Source: Mycoplasmatota bacterium (lineage in GTDB: Bacteria; Bacillota_I; Bacilli_A; Mycoplasmatales; MT37). Taken from it: a stretch of 64,000 nt of DNA. A program made the position numbers and the translations under genes. A model generated the notes under the pieces. It did not search any database. It worked only from the letters and a program-made list of their open reading frames with translations, and was not told where the DNA came from. Within the stretch, counting starts at the first letter, position 1. Every line of letters starts with the position of its first letter. Location: the NCBI GenBank assembly GCA_033560715.1, contig CP138194.1:44486-108485 (forward strand), written 5' to 3'. Of this stretch, positions 1-10,723 are shown piece after piece.

Positions 1-677
1 AAACCGAAGCCAATTCGCATCAAACTGAAAATCAAGATTTTGTTATTTACGAAAAAAATCAATGAGATCAATTGGTATTAGGAATTGCTGATGGGGTAGG
101 ATCATTAAAACACTCAAAAAAAGCTAGTCAACTTGTTTGTCAAATTTTAAAAAACCATTTTTTAAAAACTGATTTTAGTAATTTAAGCGCGGATGAAATC
201 GAAGCATGAGGTAAAAATTTAATTCAAAAAACCATTTATCAAGAATTACAAAAATTTTCTTTTGAAATTGCGACAACATTTAGTTTTGTGATTATTGTTA
301 AAAAATATTTTTATTTTTTTCACGTTGGAAACACACGTATTTTTCAAATTAATCAATCCAAAATTCAACAAATTACGGTTGATCATGTTCAAGAAAATCC
401 TTTATTAGACACTTTTTCATGACTTAAACGTGAAAATATTTTAAACAATGTCATTTCCAATCAAAATAATTGCTTTGTTGATTTTAGTGTTTTGCCGTTT
501 GATATCGACGGTTTACTTTTAACAACTGATGGAATTCATGATTTTATAACTTTAGATAAATTATCAGAAACTTTTATTGCCAAAAAAAATACCAATCAAT
601 CATTTAATTTATTTAAAAAAACATATTTAAATGGTTCATTAGATGATAAAACTTTCTTGTATGCTAAAATTTCATAA
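1..677 (+). CDS. prpC: PP2C-family Ser/Thr protein phosphatase (5' end outside window)
   Basis: The reading frame starting at base 3 reads through in-frame TGA. It contains LVLGIADGVGS, a PP2C metal-binding type motif. Stop TAA 675-677 overlaps the kinase ATG (TAATG). Confidence 0.75.
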
Positions 678-1711
678 TGGTTCCTAATATTGGTAAAGTT
701 TTAAAAAATCGTTATAAGATTACTGATCGATTATCAATCGGAAAGTATTCCGTTGTTTATTTAGGAAAAGATTTATTATTAAAACGATCAGTGGTTTTAA
801 AAATTTTTTCAAATAATTTATCAAATAATGTTGATTTAAATTTAACTTTTCAAAATGAATTAAAAATTACTGCGCAATTAAAACATCGTAATATTGTTCA
901 ATTGTACGATTACTTTGTTGATAAAAGTTTTTTAGCGATTGTTTTAGAATACATTGAAGGGATTACTTTACGTGCGCTTTTAACACAAAAGAAAAGTTTA
1001 GAACCAAAAGTGGTTGTAAACTTTATGTTACAAATATTAGAAGCATTAAAATACGCTTCATTTCATAAAATTATTCATCGTGATTTAAAACCTAGTAATA
1101 TTTTAATTGTTAAAAATAAAACGATTAAAATTCTTGATTTTGGGGTTGCTTTAGATAATTATAAAAAAACTAATCCCATTTTTTCCCGCGAACTAACAGG
1201 AACAATTCATTATTTATCACCAGAAGCAATTCAACAACGTGATTTAATTAGTATCCAAAGCGATATTTATGCGGTTGGAATTGTTTTTTTTGAACTTTTA
1301 CTTGGCCAACAACCATTTTTTGATACTAATCCAATTGAAATTTTACACAAACATTTATACACCGCTTTTCCCCGTGTAACAGATTTTGATAATAATATTA
1401 GTATGCAAATCGAAAACATAATTATTCGCGCAACTGCCAAAAATTTAAACGAACGTTATCAAAAACCAATTCAAATGATTCGCGATTTACAAAGATACAT
1501 TAATAATCCTGATCGACAGGTGAAACCATTAATTTTAAAATCAAATATTTACAACGGAAAAATTAATTTTCCTCTTTACAATAAGCGACATCTAAAACCA
1601 AAAAACATTTATTTTTGATTAACAAAAAAATATTTGTTTTTTTTCGTTTTTGTTAATATTTTGCTTTTTTTAAGTTTATTAGTCGCTTTACTTTACAAAC
1701 GTTTTATTTAA
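677..1711 (+). CDS. prkC: Hanks-type Ser/Thr protein kinase with C-terminal membrane anchor
   Basis: Kinase motifs HRDLKPSNIL, DFG and SPE are present. The frame reads through TGA 1616-1618 into a hydrophobic tail (LFFFVFVNILLFLSLLVALLY) and stops at TAA 1709-1711. Confidence 0.85.
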
Positions 1712-2706
1712 ACAGTTAAAATTTCGCAACCATTTTCGGTAATCAAAATAGTATCTTCATAACGAATTCCACCCAAATTAGGAAAATAAACCCCTGGTTC
1801 AATTGCAATCACCATATTAGCTTGCAATTTGAAATCATTTTTAACACTCAAAAATGGTTCTTCATGAACTTTAATTCCAATTCCGTGTCCAAGCGCATGT
1901 TGTAATTTTCATTTTTCGTTGGCAAAAAGTTCATCACAATGTTTAACAATTTGACTAATTTTAACGCCTGGTTTAATTAATTTAATAATTTTGTGATAGA
2001 TAATTTGAATTTTTTTTTCGATTTCAAAAAGCTTTGATTTTTGATTTAAAACAATTGTTCGCGTAAAATCAGAACAATAATTTTGATATTTACCACCAAA
2101 ATCACAAAGTAGCACATTTTTAATTTTATTTTCAGTTGGTGTAGTGTGAATATAAGCAGTTCTTATATCACTTGCAACAATTGGATTAAAACTAATTGTT
2201 GCATTTGCTTCTAAAAATTGTTTTTGAATAAAAAAGGCGATTTCGTTTTCGTTTTTAAAATTTGCCAATTGATTATTAATTTTTTTTCAAATTTGAGCAG
2301 TAATTTTACTAATTTGTTTAATTTTTTCAATTTCGCTTACTGTTTTAATCATTCTTAATTGATCAAAATTAAAAAATTTAAATTTAATTTTTGCATTCAT
2401 TTTTTGTAATTTCAAAAATAATTGCGCTGGTAAATCTGATTCGATGTTAATTGTATTTTCAAGTTTAGACCAAAAACTTTTAAATTGTTTGATATTTCTT
2501 AATTCAATTGTTTTTAAGGTTTTTTTTGCTTCCTCAATATAACGATCATCTAAAAAATAAATATTATTTTTTGTGTGACTATCAAAAATAATAATTCCTT
2601 GACTTGCTTGAAAATTAGTTCACCAAAACCGATTAATTTCACTGTAAAACAATCAATATCGCGTTTTTGAATCGTTTTTAGCTAAAATTTTAATTTTATT
2701 CATCAT
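1708..2706 (-). CDS. pepP: Xaa-Pro aminopeptidase (M24 family)
   Basis: ORF 1909-2268 extends both ways through TGA codons. The C-terminus carries HALGHGIGIKVHEEP and IAIEPGVY. Start ATG 2704-2706, stop TAA at 1708-1710. Confidence 0.8.
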
Positions 2707-3613
2707 CTAAAATGTTTAAATCCTTAATAATTTGCTGATTTTGATATCATTTTTTAATAACTTTGATATCAATTTTTAAATTAACATAACGATTGTGAAT
2801 TTTGTTCAAAATTTTAATACTATTTAGACGAATGGTTCTAATTTTTTGGCCATTTTTACCAAGAATAATCACTTTTTGTCGTTCATTATCAACAATAATT
2901 TCAACGTGTAAAAATAATTTTGTTGCTTTTTCTTGATAACCTATAATTTTAACCGCTGATCGATGTGGTATTTCATCATTAGTTTGATGAATAATTTGTT
3001 CCCGAATTATTTCATTAATTAAATTGATTTTCTTTTGTTCGTCAGTAAAAATCAATCGATTTGAATTGTAATTTTCAGTTAAATTTTTTAATTTATTTTC
3101 AGTTAAAGTAAACAACTTTTTTAAATTAATGCGTTTTTTAACTGAAATGGGAATAATTTCGACACCATCAAATTGTTCATTAATTTTTGTAATATAATTT
3201 CAAAGTTTTTCTTTACTAACTAAATCAATCTTATTAATAATTAAAATAAATGGTTTTTTTGCTTTTAATAATAATGTTTTTAAAATTTTCAAATCAGTTT
3301 TTCATTTTTCATCAATTTCAATTAATAATCAAATTACATCACTTGATTGAACAACCGTATTTAAATTTTGAAACAAAATACGATCCAAAATATTTTTTAC
3401 TTGACAAACACCAGGGCTATCAAACAACATATAATTTTGATTATTTAAAGTAATTAAGCCGCTAACTGGTTTACGAGTCGTATTAACGGTTTTACTGACA
3501 GCAGCAATTTTTTTCATTGTCAAAGTATTAATTAAACTTGATTTTCCAGCATTAGTTCGTCCAACTATTCCGATTGTATAAAATTTATTTATTTTTGAAG
3601 ATATCTTATTCAT
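2696..3613 (-). CDS. era: GTPase Era
   Basis: G1 motif GRTNAGKSSL at the N-terminus and a KH-domain fragment at 2747-3115 in the same frame as 3329-3613. TGA 2747-2749 falls where Era has a conserved C-terminal Trp. Stop TAA at 2696-2698. Confidence 0.9.
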
Positions 3614-3660
3614 TCATTCTAATTATAAACCGCTTTTTATTCTGTTAAGTGTTTTTATGC

Positions 3661-3666
3661 TATAAT
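3661..3666 (+). promoter_or_regulatory. candidate -10 box (TATAAT) for the NSS transporter gene
   Basis: Perfect TATAAT in the 183-nt era/NSS divergent intergenic region, about 130 nt upstream of ATG 3797. Confidence 0.3.
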
Positions 3667-3796
3667 TTAAATAACTTTGTTTTTAAACTTAATATAAATT
3701 TAAATTTTTTAAACTTTATTAATTTTTGTTTTAAATCTTTAAACTTATCGTAATTTGAAAACAGGAAACTTGATTTAAAAGTAAAGGTTTTATATT

Positions 3797-5410
3797 ATGA
3801 GTTTGAATAAAACAAAAAAATACGGCTTATCACCTTTAGGTTTCATTCTTTCAGCAATTGGTGCTGCTGTTGGTTTAGGAAATCTTTGGGGATTTCCAAC
3901 AAAAATGTTAACTTATGGAGGAACAGCGTTTTTAATTCCTTATATTATTGCAATATTAACACTTGGATTTCCAATGATGTTATTAGAAATCAATTTAGGA
4001 TCTAAATGACGTAAATCACCGATTGACATTTTCCCTCATTATCTTGGATCCAAGAAAGGAAAATTTTTTGGATGAATGCAAACAACTTTACAAATGATGA
4101 TTGGTACTTATTATGGTGTTATCATCGCTTGAATTGTTATTTCAATTTTTATGCCATTTACAACTGGTGGTTATACAGCAAATGCAATCAACACATTTGA
4201 TAAAAATATTTTAGGAACTGACATAAAGGCAATTGATTTCTTTGGATTAGGACGAATTCAACCAGTAATTTTATTGACATTTATTTTTGTCATTTTCGCA
4301 GCAGTTATCATTGTTTCGTTCGGAATTGAAAAAGGAATTGAAAAAGCTAATAAATTTTTTGTTCCTGTTTTATTCTTGTTAATTGTTTTTATCTTTATTT
4401 ATACTTTGAATCTTAAAGGTTCTAGTAAAGGGTTAGAAAAAATGTTCGGTTTTGATCCAAGTAAATTAAATAACGGAAAAGCATGATCAACTGCTTTCGG
4501 ACAAGCTTTATTTACACTTTCATTGTGTGAAGCAATTATTATTGTTTTTTCATCCAATTCACCTAAGAATGGTGATAACGGTAATCGTGCGATTACAATT
4601 GTTGCTGGTGATACTTTAATTGCATTATTAGCGTGCGCAATTATTAGTTCTTCTTTAGGAAATGCCATTCACGAAGGTATTGTAAAAGAATCAGCTGGTG
4701 GTTATGTTTTTGTAAAAAACAACGCCGAGCTAGGTGGAAATGCGTTCGTTTTTAAAATGTTTCCATTAATTTTTTATAATTTAAGTCAAAAACAAGCATA
4801 TCTAGGAGAAGTAATTGGAATTTTACTATATGTTGCATTGTTTTTTGCTGCTATGTCAACTTTGATTAGTTTACAAGAACCAATGACAGCAGCTTTAGTT
4901 TCTAAAAACAATATGCAACGTCCAACAGCATCATTTTTGGTTGGAACAACACAATTAATGTTTGGAATTATCTTTACAACTCAAAACGGATCAAAAAATC
5001 TGATTGATATTACTGATGGAATGATGGTCAGTTGATTATTATTAATATCAGCTTTAATTGAAATGGGAATTTTTGTCTTTTCTTTCAAATCAACCAAAGA
5101 AATCCGCGAATTTCATAATAAGAATTCATACCTTAAACTAGGAAGTTGATTTTCAATTTTGATAACAGTTTCATGAATTGCAGTATTAGGTGTATTTAGT
5201 TTCGGAATTTACGACTTTTTTATTGGCGATTATTCAAAAACCGTTGCAAAATGAAAACTTTCCGAATGATTACTAGCAGTTGGATTTTTTGTAACACCAT
5301 TTTTATATTTCACTGTTTATAAAACATTTTTCGCTAAACGAAAACAACCGCATTTTATTGAATCACTTAAAAAAGAAAAACCAAACTATATTCAAAGAGA
5401 AGGTAAATAG
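3797..5410 (+). CDS. sodium-dependent transporter, NSS/SNF family (copy 1)
   Basis: N-terminal GAAVGLGNLWGFP is the NSS signature. Fragments 3797, 4151 and 4523 share a frame and are joined by TGA. Stop TAG 5408-5410. Confidence 0.85.
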
Positions 5411-5412
5411 AT

Positions 5413-5535
5413 ATGGCAGCTTGATTAATTATGATGATTTTAGTGATCTCGTTTTTCTTTATCGTGTTTGTTGCTTCAATTATTACGGAATTATTTTTAC
5501 ACAAAAACGGTAAGTCAATTAAAAAAACTAATTAA
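5413..5535 (+). CDS. 40-aa single-TM protein, possible small subunit of the NSS transporter (MetS-like)
   Basis: ATG lies 3 nt after the transporter stop with a GAAGG upstream. Product is MAAWLIMMILVISFFFIVFVASIITELFLHKNGKSIKKTN, a hydrophobic helix plus a basic tail. Confidence 0.4.
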
Positions 5536-5896
5536 ATTTAGTCATTTTTTCAATTAAATAATTTCAAAATGTAATTGGAAAATATTTAAGATTAGTTCAA
5601 ATTAATTGCTGATTTTGTTGACATCTTTTGGTTTTGAAATTAAATTCATATTTAGATTTAAAGTTTCAATTACCGATTGATTTAAAAGTGTTTTGATTAA
5701 TTTTAAAACTAAAATTATCGTTTGAATTGATTGGTGTTTGACTATAAACATTAATTTGACAAAGTTCATTATCAATTAAATTTTTACTCCAAACTAATAC
5801 TAAAGTTTGATTTTGAACAATAATTTTGGTCCCAATTTTATAAATTCCATAAATCGAAGTTAAAACAAGACTAAAAATTAATATTTTTTTATACAT
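5528..5896 (-). CDS. hypothetical N-terminally membrane-anchored protein (122 aa)
   Basis: ORF 5666-5896 continues through three TGA codons to TAG at 5528-5530. There is an N-terminal TM helix (ILIFSLVLTSIYGIY). Its start overlaps the stop of the upstream ABC gene by 8 nt. Confidence 0.5.
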
Positions 5897-7922
5897 AATG
5901 ATTTAAATTCAATTGTTGGGGAAATAATTGGATTAAGTTTTCATCGTGACTAGCATAAAGAATTAATTTCGATTGTTGATAATTTAATAATTGTAAAATT
6001 AATTCGCATTTTAAATTTTTTGCAACCGAATTTAAACATTCGTCTAATAAAAAAATTTCACTATCACTATTAAATAGACTTAAAAATACAATCATTTGTT
6101 TTTGGCCGTTACTAATTAATTGGTTTTGTAAATCGGTGTTTCAATTTAAACCATTTTGTTTTAATAGTTTTTCCATTCACGTTAAAATTGTATTTGACAT
6201 GTTTGATTTCTTTTGATAAATAAAAATATTTTCAGCAACGGTTTTTGTAAATATTTTACTTTCAGGTGTTAAATAAACAATTGTGTTTGTCATTTGTTTT
6301 CGAATCATTTGATAGTTTTGATTATTAACCATAATTGTTCCACTATATTGCAAATCATAATTAAAAATCAAATGTAGCAAGGTACTTTTACCCACACCAT
6401 TTTTTCCTAATAATAGTAATGGTTGATTAAAAACAAAATTCAAATTATGTTTTCAAATATTATTAAAATCATCGTAAGAATAGTTCACTTTTTCAAAATG
6501 CAATGTTTTTGGTTTTTTTAACGATAAAGCTTGCGATTGATGAACTGATTTATTTCATAAAAAAAATGGATCAACATCATTTTTTAATCAATTTATTTTA
6601 TTGTTTTGCATTCATGTATTAAAAAAGTACTGTGCTTCTTCAAAAACATTATTCGCTAACGCAATCATAAATAATAAATTTCCAATTTGTTGATTATTCG
6701 GACTAATAAATTGTTGTAAAAAATACAATATAACGATTTGACTTCCAAACGCAATCATTTGAAAACTAATTTGATGAAACATTTCATATCATGTGTTTCG
6801 ATAATATAATTGATTTTTTTGTTGGGCTTCGTTTTCTAAATTAATCAATTTTTTATTTCATAATAAACGTCCTTTTCAATTTTTTCAATTACTTAAATTT
6901 TTAATTAATTTTTCATTTAATTGATATTCAAAACGATGTGTTTTTCGTAAAATTTGTTGTTGTTTTGGTCATAATAATAAATTTAACGTTCAATAAATAA
7001 TTACAATTACTAAAACCGGAATGATTAACCATAAATCAAAAACTAATAAAATTGTCAAACTACCAATTGTCATTAATAAACTTTTCATTAATCCTAAGCT
7101 AGTTGCAATTTGATAATCATCAATAATTTGAAAAAATTGAAATTTTCGTCAAATTCCTGTTGCCGTATGTTTATTAAATTGTTGTCATGATAAATTTTTA
7201 AGACAATCAAAAAATGTTTTATTACGTTGTTTTCGATAATAAAATCGCAAAACAGAAAGTTTAATTTTTCAAAATAATTCAATTATTATTTGACTAAAAA
7301 ACAATAATAAAATTCCTGAAATAAGTTGAAAACTAACAGTTAGATTATTTTGAATTAGTGTTGTTTCAATTAATAATTTAATCCCTAATTGAATTGATAG
7401 ATTAAAAATAATGATTATAAATGTCCCGACAAAACCAATTATATTGAAATTAACTAACATTCAATTGTAATTTTTTCGCCATTTTTTATTTTTAATCATT
7501 GATTTTTGATTGTTAATTTTTTGACTAAAAACCACAATATTACGAAAAATTGTTTTTAATTGTTTTTTATTTCATCATTGCAAATTATTTTGATTTGGAT
7601 CACCAATTAAAAATTTTCCTCATCGTTTTTTTAAAATTACAATGTAATGTTGTTGATTATTAATTTCGGTGGGAATGATTAAAGGAACATTAAACTTTAA
7701 TTGTTCCATTGTTTTTCAATCAGTTGAAAAACTTTCTAATTTAATTTGATATTTCAAAGCGAGTTTTTCCAATTGCAATAAATTAAGTCCTTGATGATAT
7801 TTTGTTTCATAAAATAATATGTTTAAAATCGTCTTTTGATTAAAATAATAATAATGAATCATTGCTAAACAACTTAACGAACAATCTCAATTACTTTTTT
7901 GTTTAAAAAAAATTAATTTCAT
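5889..7922 (-). CDS. ABC exporter with N-terminal C39 peptidase domain (bacteriocin/peptide-processing type)
   Basis: The table-4 read gives 677 aa. C39 motifs are KQKSNWDCSLSCLAM, HYIVIL and IGDP, followed by a TM core. The NBD has GKNGVGKST, LSNGQKQ and IFLLDE. An alternative in-frame ATG at 7974-7976 would add 18 aa. Confidence 0.85.
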
Positions 7923-8037
7923 ATTGTCATATTTTCAATTGAATATGTAATTAATCATTTTTAATTCATTTATCATTTAGTTATTTATTATTTATTTAGC
8001 AGTGTTAAAATAAAAAAACAAAGTAAGTGAAAAAAAT

Positions 8038-8910
8038 ATGCAGTCAAAACAGTCTTTTTTTAAAATTGGATCATTTATTGGTTTTAAAAGTCCTGATTAT
8101 TTAGATGGGTTAATTTATCAAACAAATTATTTACAAGCAAATGCAATGATGTTTTTTGCTGGGTCACCACAAGTTATGCGTGTAACTGATTGACGTAAAT
8201 TAGATCGTACAACGTTTTGAAATAATTTAACTAAAAACAATATTAATATTGAAAACATTTGTATTCATGCTCATTACTTAATAAATTTAGCTAATTTAAG
8301 TAATTTAAAGGTTTATCAGAAATCATTTGATTTGTTATCAAAAATTTGTGAGTTTGCTCAAGCATTAAAAATTCGTTACATTATTCTCCATCCTGGTTCA
8401 GCTTTAAAACATGATCGTAATTTAGCAATGCAACAAGTAGCGAACAGTTTACAAAAAATTATTGACCTTTATCCTAATATAATTATTTGTCTTGAAACCA
8501 TGAGTGGTAAAGGCAGCGAATTAGGAAAAAATTTTGATGAATTAAAATTTTTAATTCAAACAATCAAACGGCCGAAAAATATTCAAGTTTGTTGAGACAC
8601 ATGTCATTTGTTTTCTGCTGGATATGATATAAAAAATAATTTAAATCAAATTATCACTGAATTTGATACTAAAATAGGTTTATCAAAACTACGCTTTATT
8701 CATCTTAATGATAGCAAAACTGCCTTTAATAGTCGCTTAGATCGACACGAAAAATTAGGGGTTGGTTCACTTGGTGAATTTACTTTTAAACAATTAATTA
8801 ATCACCAGCAATTAAAAAATAAAGTTTGAATTTTAGAAACTCCCCACAAACAAAATTTTAATGGCTATAAAAGTGAAATTGCCTTTTTAAAACAATCTTA
8901 TGAAACCTAA
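8038..8910 (+). CDS. nfo: endonuclease IV
   Basis: Motifs HAHYLINLA, ILHPGS, LETMSGKG, WDTCHLFSAGYD, HLNDSK and ILETP. Fragments 8332 and 8608 are in the same frame as ATG 8038. Confidence 0.9.
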
Positions 8911-9304
8911 AAATCAACACCAAAAGCGACTTGAAATGGTTTTTTTCTTTTATCATCATTTCGTAATAAAAAATTCGATTAAGCAAACTTGCAATTATCT
9001 TAAAACGAAAAATTTCGATGTCGATCAAACAAAAATTCTTCAATATATTATTGATAATTTTAATGATTTACGTCATCAAATTCAAAAAAATTTAGATCAA
9101 AAATGATCATTTGATGAAATTTCAAATTTGGAAAAAGCAATTTTACTTGTTGCGATTAGTGAATTTTATGTTCTTCAAACTCCGAAAGCAATTGTAATTA
9201 GTGAAGCGGTTAAAATTAGTCAGATTTATTGTTTAAATAAAAATTACGCCTATATCAATCGTGTGATCGAAAACGTTTTTAAGGATCACGAATTTAAAAA
9301 ATAA
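8900..9304 (+). CDS. nusB: transcription antitermination factor NusB family
   Basis: 134 aa. The W...LEKAILLVAISEF...P..VVISEAVKI...INRVIENV pattern is typical of NusB. It overlaps nfo by 11 nt. Confidence 0.7.
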
Positions 9305-9328
9305 TATATAATTTTTTAAATACATAAA

Positions 9329-10498
9329 ATGGCAAATAAATATCATATTGTTGAATCAGTCAGCGAAGGTCATCCAGACAAAGTTTGTGATCAAATTGCG
9401 GAAGCAATTTTAGATTATTGTCTTAAAATCGATTCTAATGCACACGTTGCTTGTGAAGTTTTTGTTACCAAATTTAAATTAATTATTGGTGGTGAAGTCC
9501 GTTTTCATCAAAAAAATATTAAACTTGCTTCATTAAAATCTGATATTTCACAATTGGCAAAATCAGTTATTAATCAAATTGGTTACACACCGCAAACTTG
9601 AAAAGGTTTAAATGAATTAAAAATTGATTATTTAATTAATGAACAATCAAACGAAATTCACAATCAAGTTGATCAAAATAATTCTTTAAAATTTGGTGAT
9701 AATACCATTGCTTTTGGACACGCAACTTCAATTGAACACATTCAATATTTTCCGATTAAACAAGCAATTGCTAATTTAATCATGCAAAAATTGAATTTAG
9801 TTCGTAAAAATCCAAATTTAAATCGTAAATGAAACATGGCACCTGATGGTAAAATTGAAATCATTTGAAAAAATCAATCAATTGATAGAATTTTTCTTTC
9901 TCAACAGTTTGTTGTTAATCACAATCAAAGTAAAGATCATAACTTTTGTCGTCATTTATTTACCGAAATTATTTTACCGGTAATTTCTCAATACAATATT
10001 CAAACCAATCAAAATTTAGTTAATAATTTTAAATTAACAGCATTTTTTGAAGGTGGTCCAAGTGCCGATACTGGTTTAACGGGACGTAAATTAATGATTG
10101 ATAGTTATGGTACACTTGTTAATCACGGTGGCGGAAGTTATATTGGTAAGGATGTAACAAAAGGAGATTTAACTTTAGCTTTATACGCTCGTTTTATTGC
10201 CAAACATTTAGTTAAATCAAAACTATGCAAAACAATCACGATCAAAGTAAGTACTGTGATTGGTAATAAAGATGTTTTTGTTAAAACAACATCAAAATTA
10301 GATAATTTCGATCAAATCAATCGCATTTTAAAGGCAGTTTTTAAATGAGATCTTTCAAAAATTGTCGCTAAATTAAATTTAAAAAAGCTTGAATATCGCC
10401 ATTTTGCAACTTATGGGTTTTTTGGACGTGATGATATTTATGCTCCATGAGAACAAATTGATGATGAAATAATTCGTAAAATTCAAGATCATCAATAA
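9329..10498 (+). CDS. metK: S-adenosylmethionine synthetase
   Basis: N-terminal VESVSEGHPDKVCDQI. Fragments 9329 and 10094 are in frame through TGA codons. Stop TAA 10496-10498. Confidence 0.95.
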
Positions 10499-10581
10499 AA
10501 ATAAGTCCTTTTTTATTAAAAATCTTGTAAAATAATAATAAAATTATTTCTAAAAAAATTTTTATTCATTCTATTAAAATT

Positions 10582-10722
10582 ATGCAATTAATTTTCGCAA
10601 TCATTGTTTTTTCATTTTTAATCATTTCTTTATTAATAACCTTTATTTATGCAGTTATTAATCGTCGTCGTGTTTTAGCAAATCAAATCAAAAAAACTAA
10701 AACACCAGCAATTTTAACTTAA
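10582..10722 (+). CDS. 46-aa single-TM protein immediately upstream of NSS copy 2
   Basis: MQLIFAIIVFSFLIISLLITFIYAVINRRRVLANQIKKTKTPAILT. Its stop lies 1 nt before the transporter ATG. Confidence 0.4.
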   Translation: MQLIFAIIVFSFLIISLLITFIYAVINRRRVLANQIKKTKTPAILT

Positions 10723-10723
10723 A

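Noticed and set aside
4399-4668. Antisense ORFs in the track: 4399-4668, 11311-11496, 11707-12045, 14573-14875, 26279-26545, 28128-28457, 29928-30170, 32737-32964, 35613-35893, 39788-40167, 43443-44098, 54514-54732, 62019-62207 and 63594-63806.
   Set aside because: Each lies opposite a strongly supported conserved gene. None has a recognisable motif, and such ORFs are expected by chance opposite coding DNA in an AT-rich genome.
7094-7282. An ORF in a different minus-strand frame inside the ABC exporter could indicate a frameshift or pseudogene.
   Set aside because: The exporter frame (codon starts at positions divisible by 3) reads continuously from 7922 to 5889 with TGA as Trp. I checked the junction codon by codon. 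The other frame is incidental.
9305-9328. I looked for riboswitch or T-box leaders upstream of metK (SAM), mgtE (M-box), and leuS/asnS (T-box).
   Set aside because: The upstream gaps are only about 9-30 nt for metK, mgtE and leuS, which is too short for such elements. The region upstream of asnS is about 14 nt.
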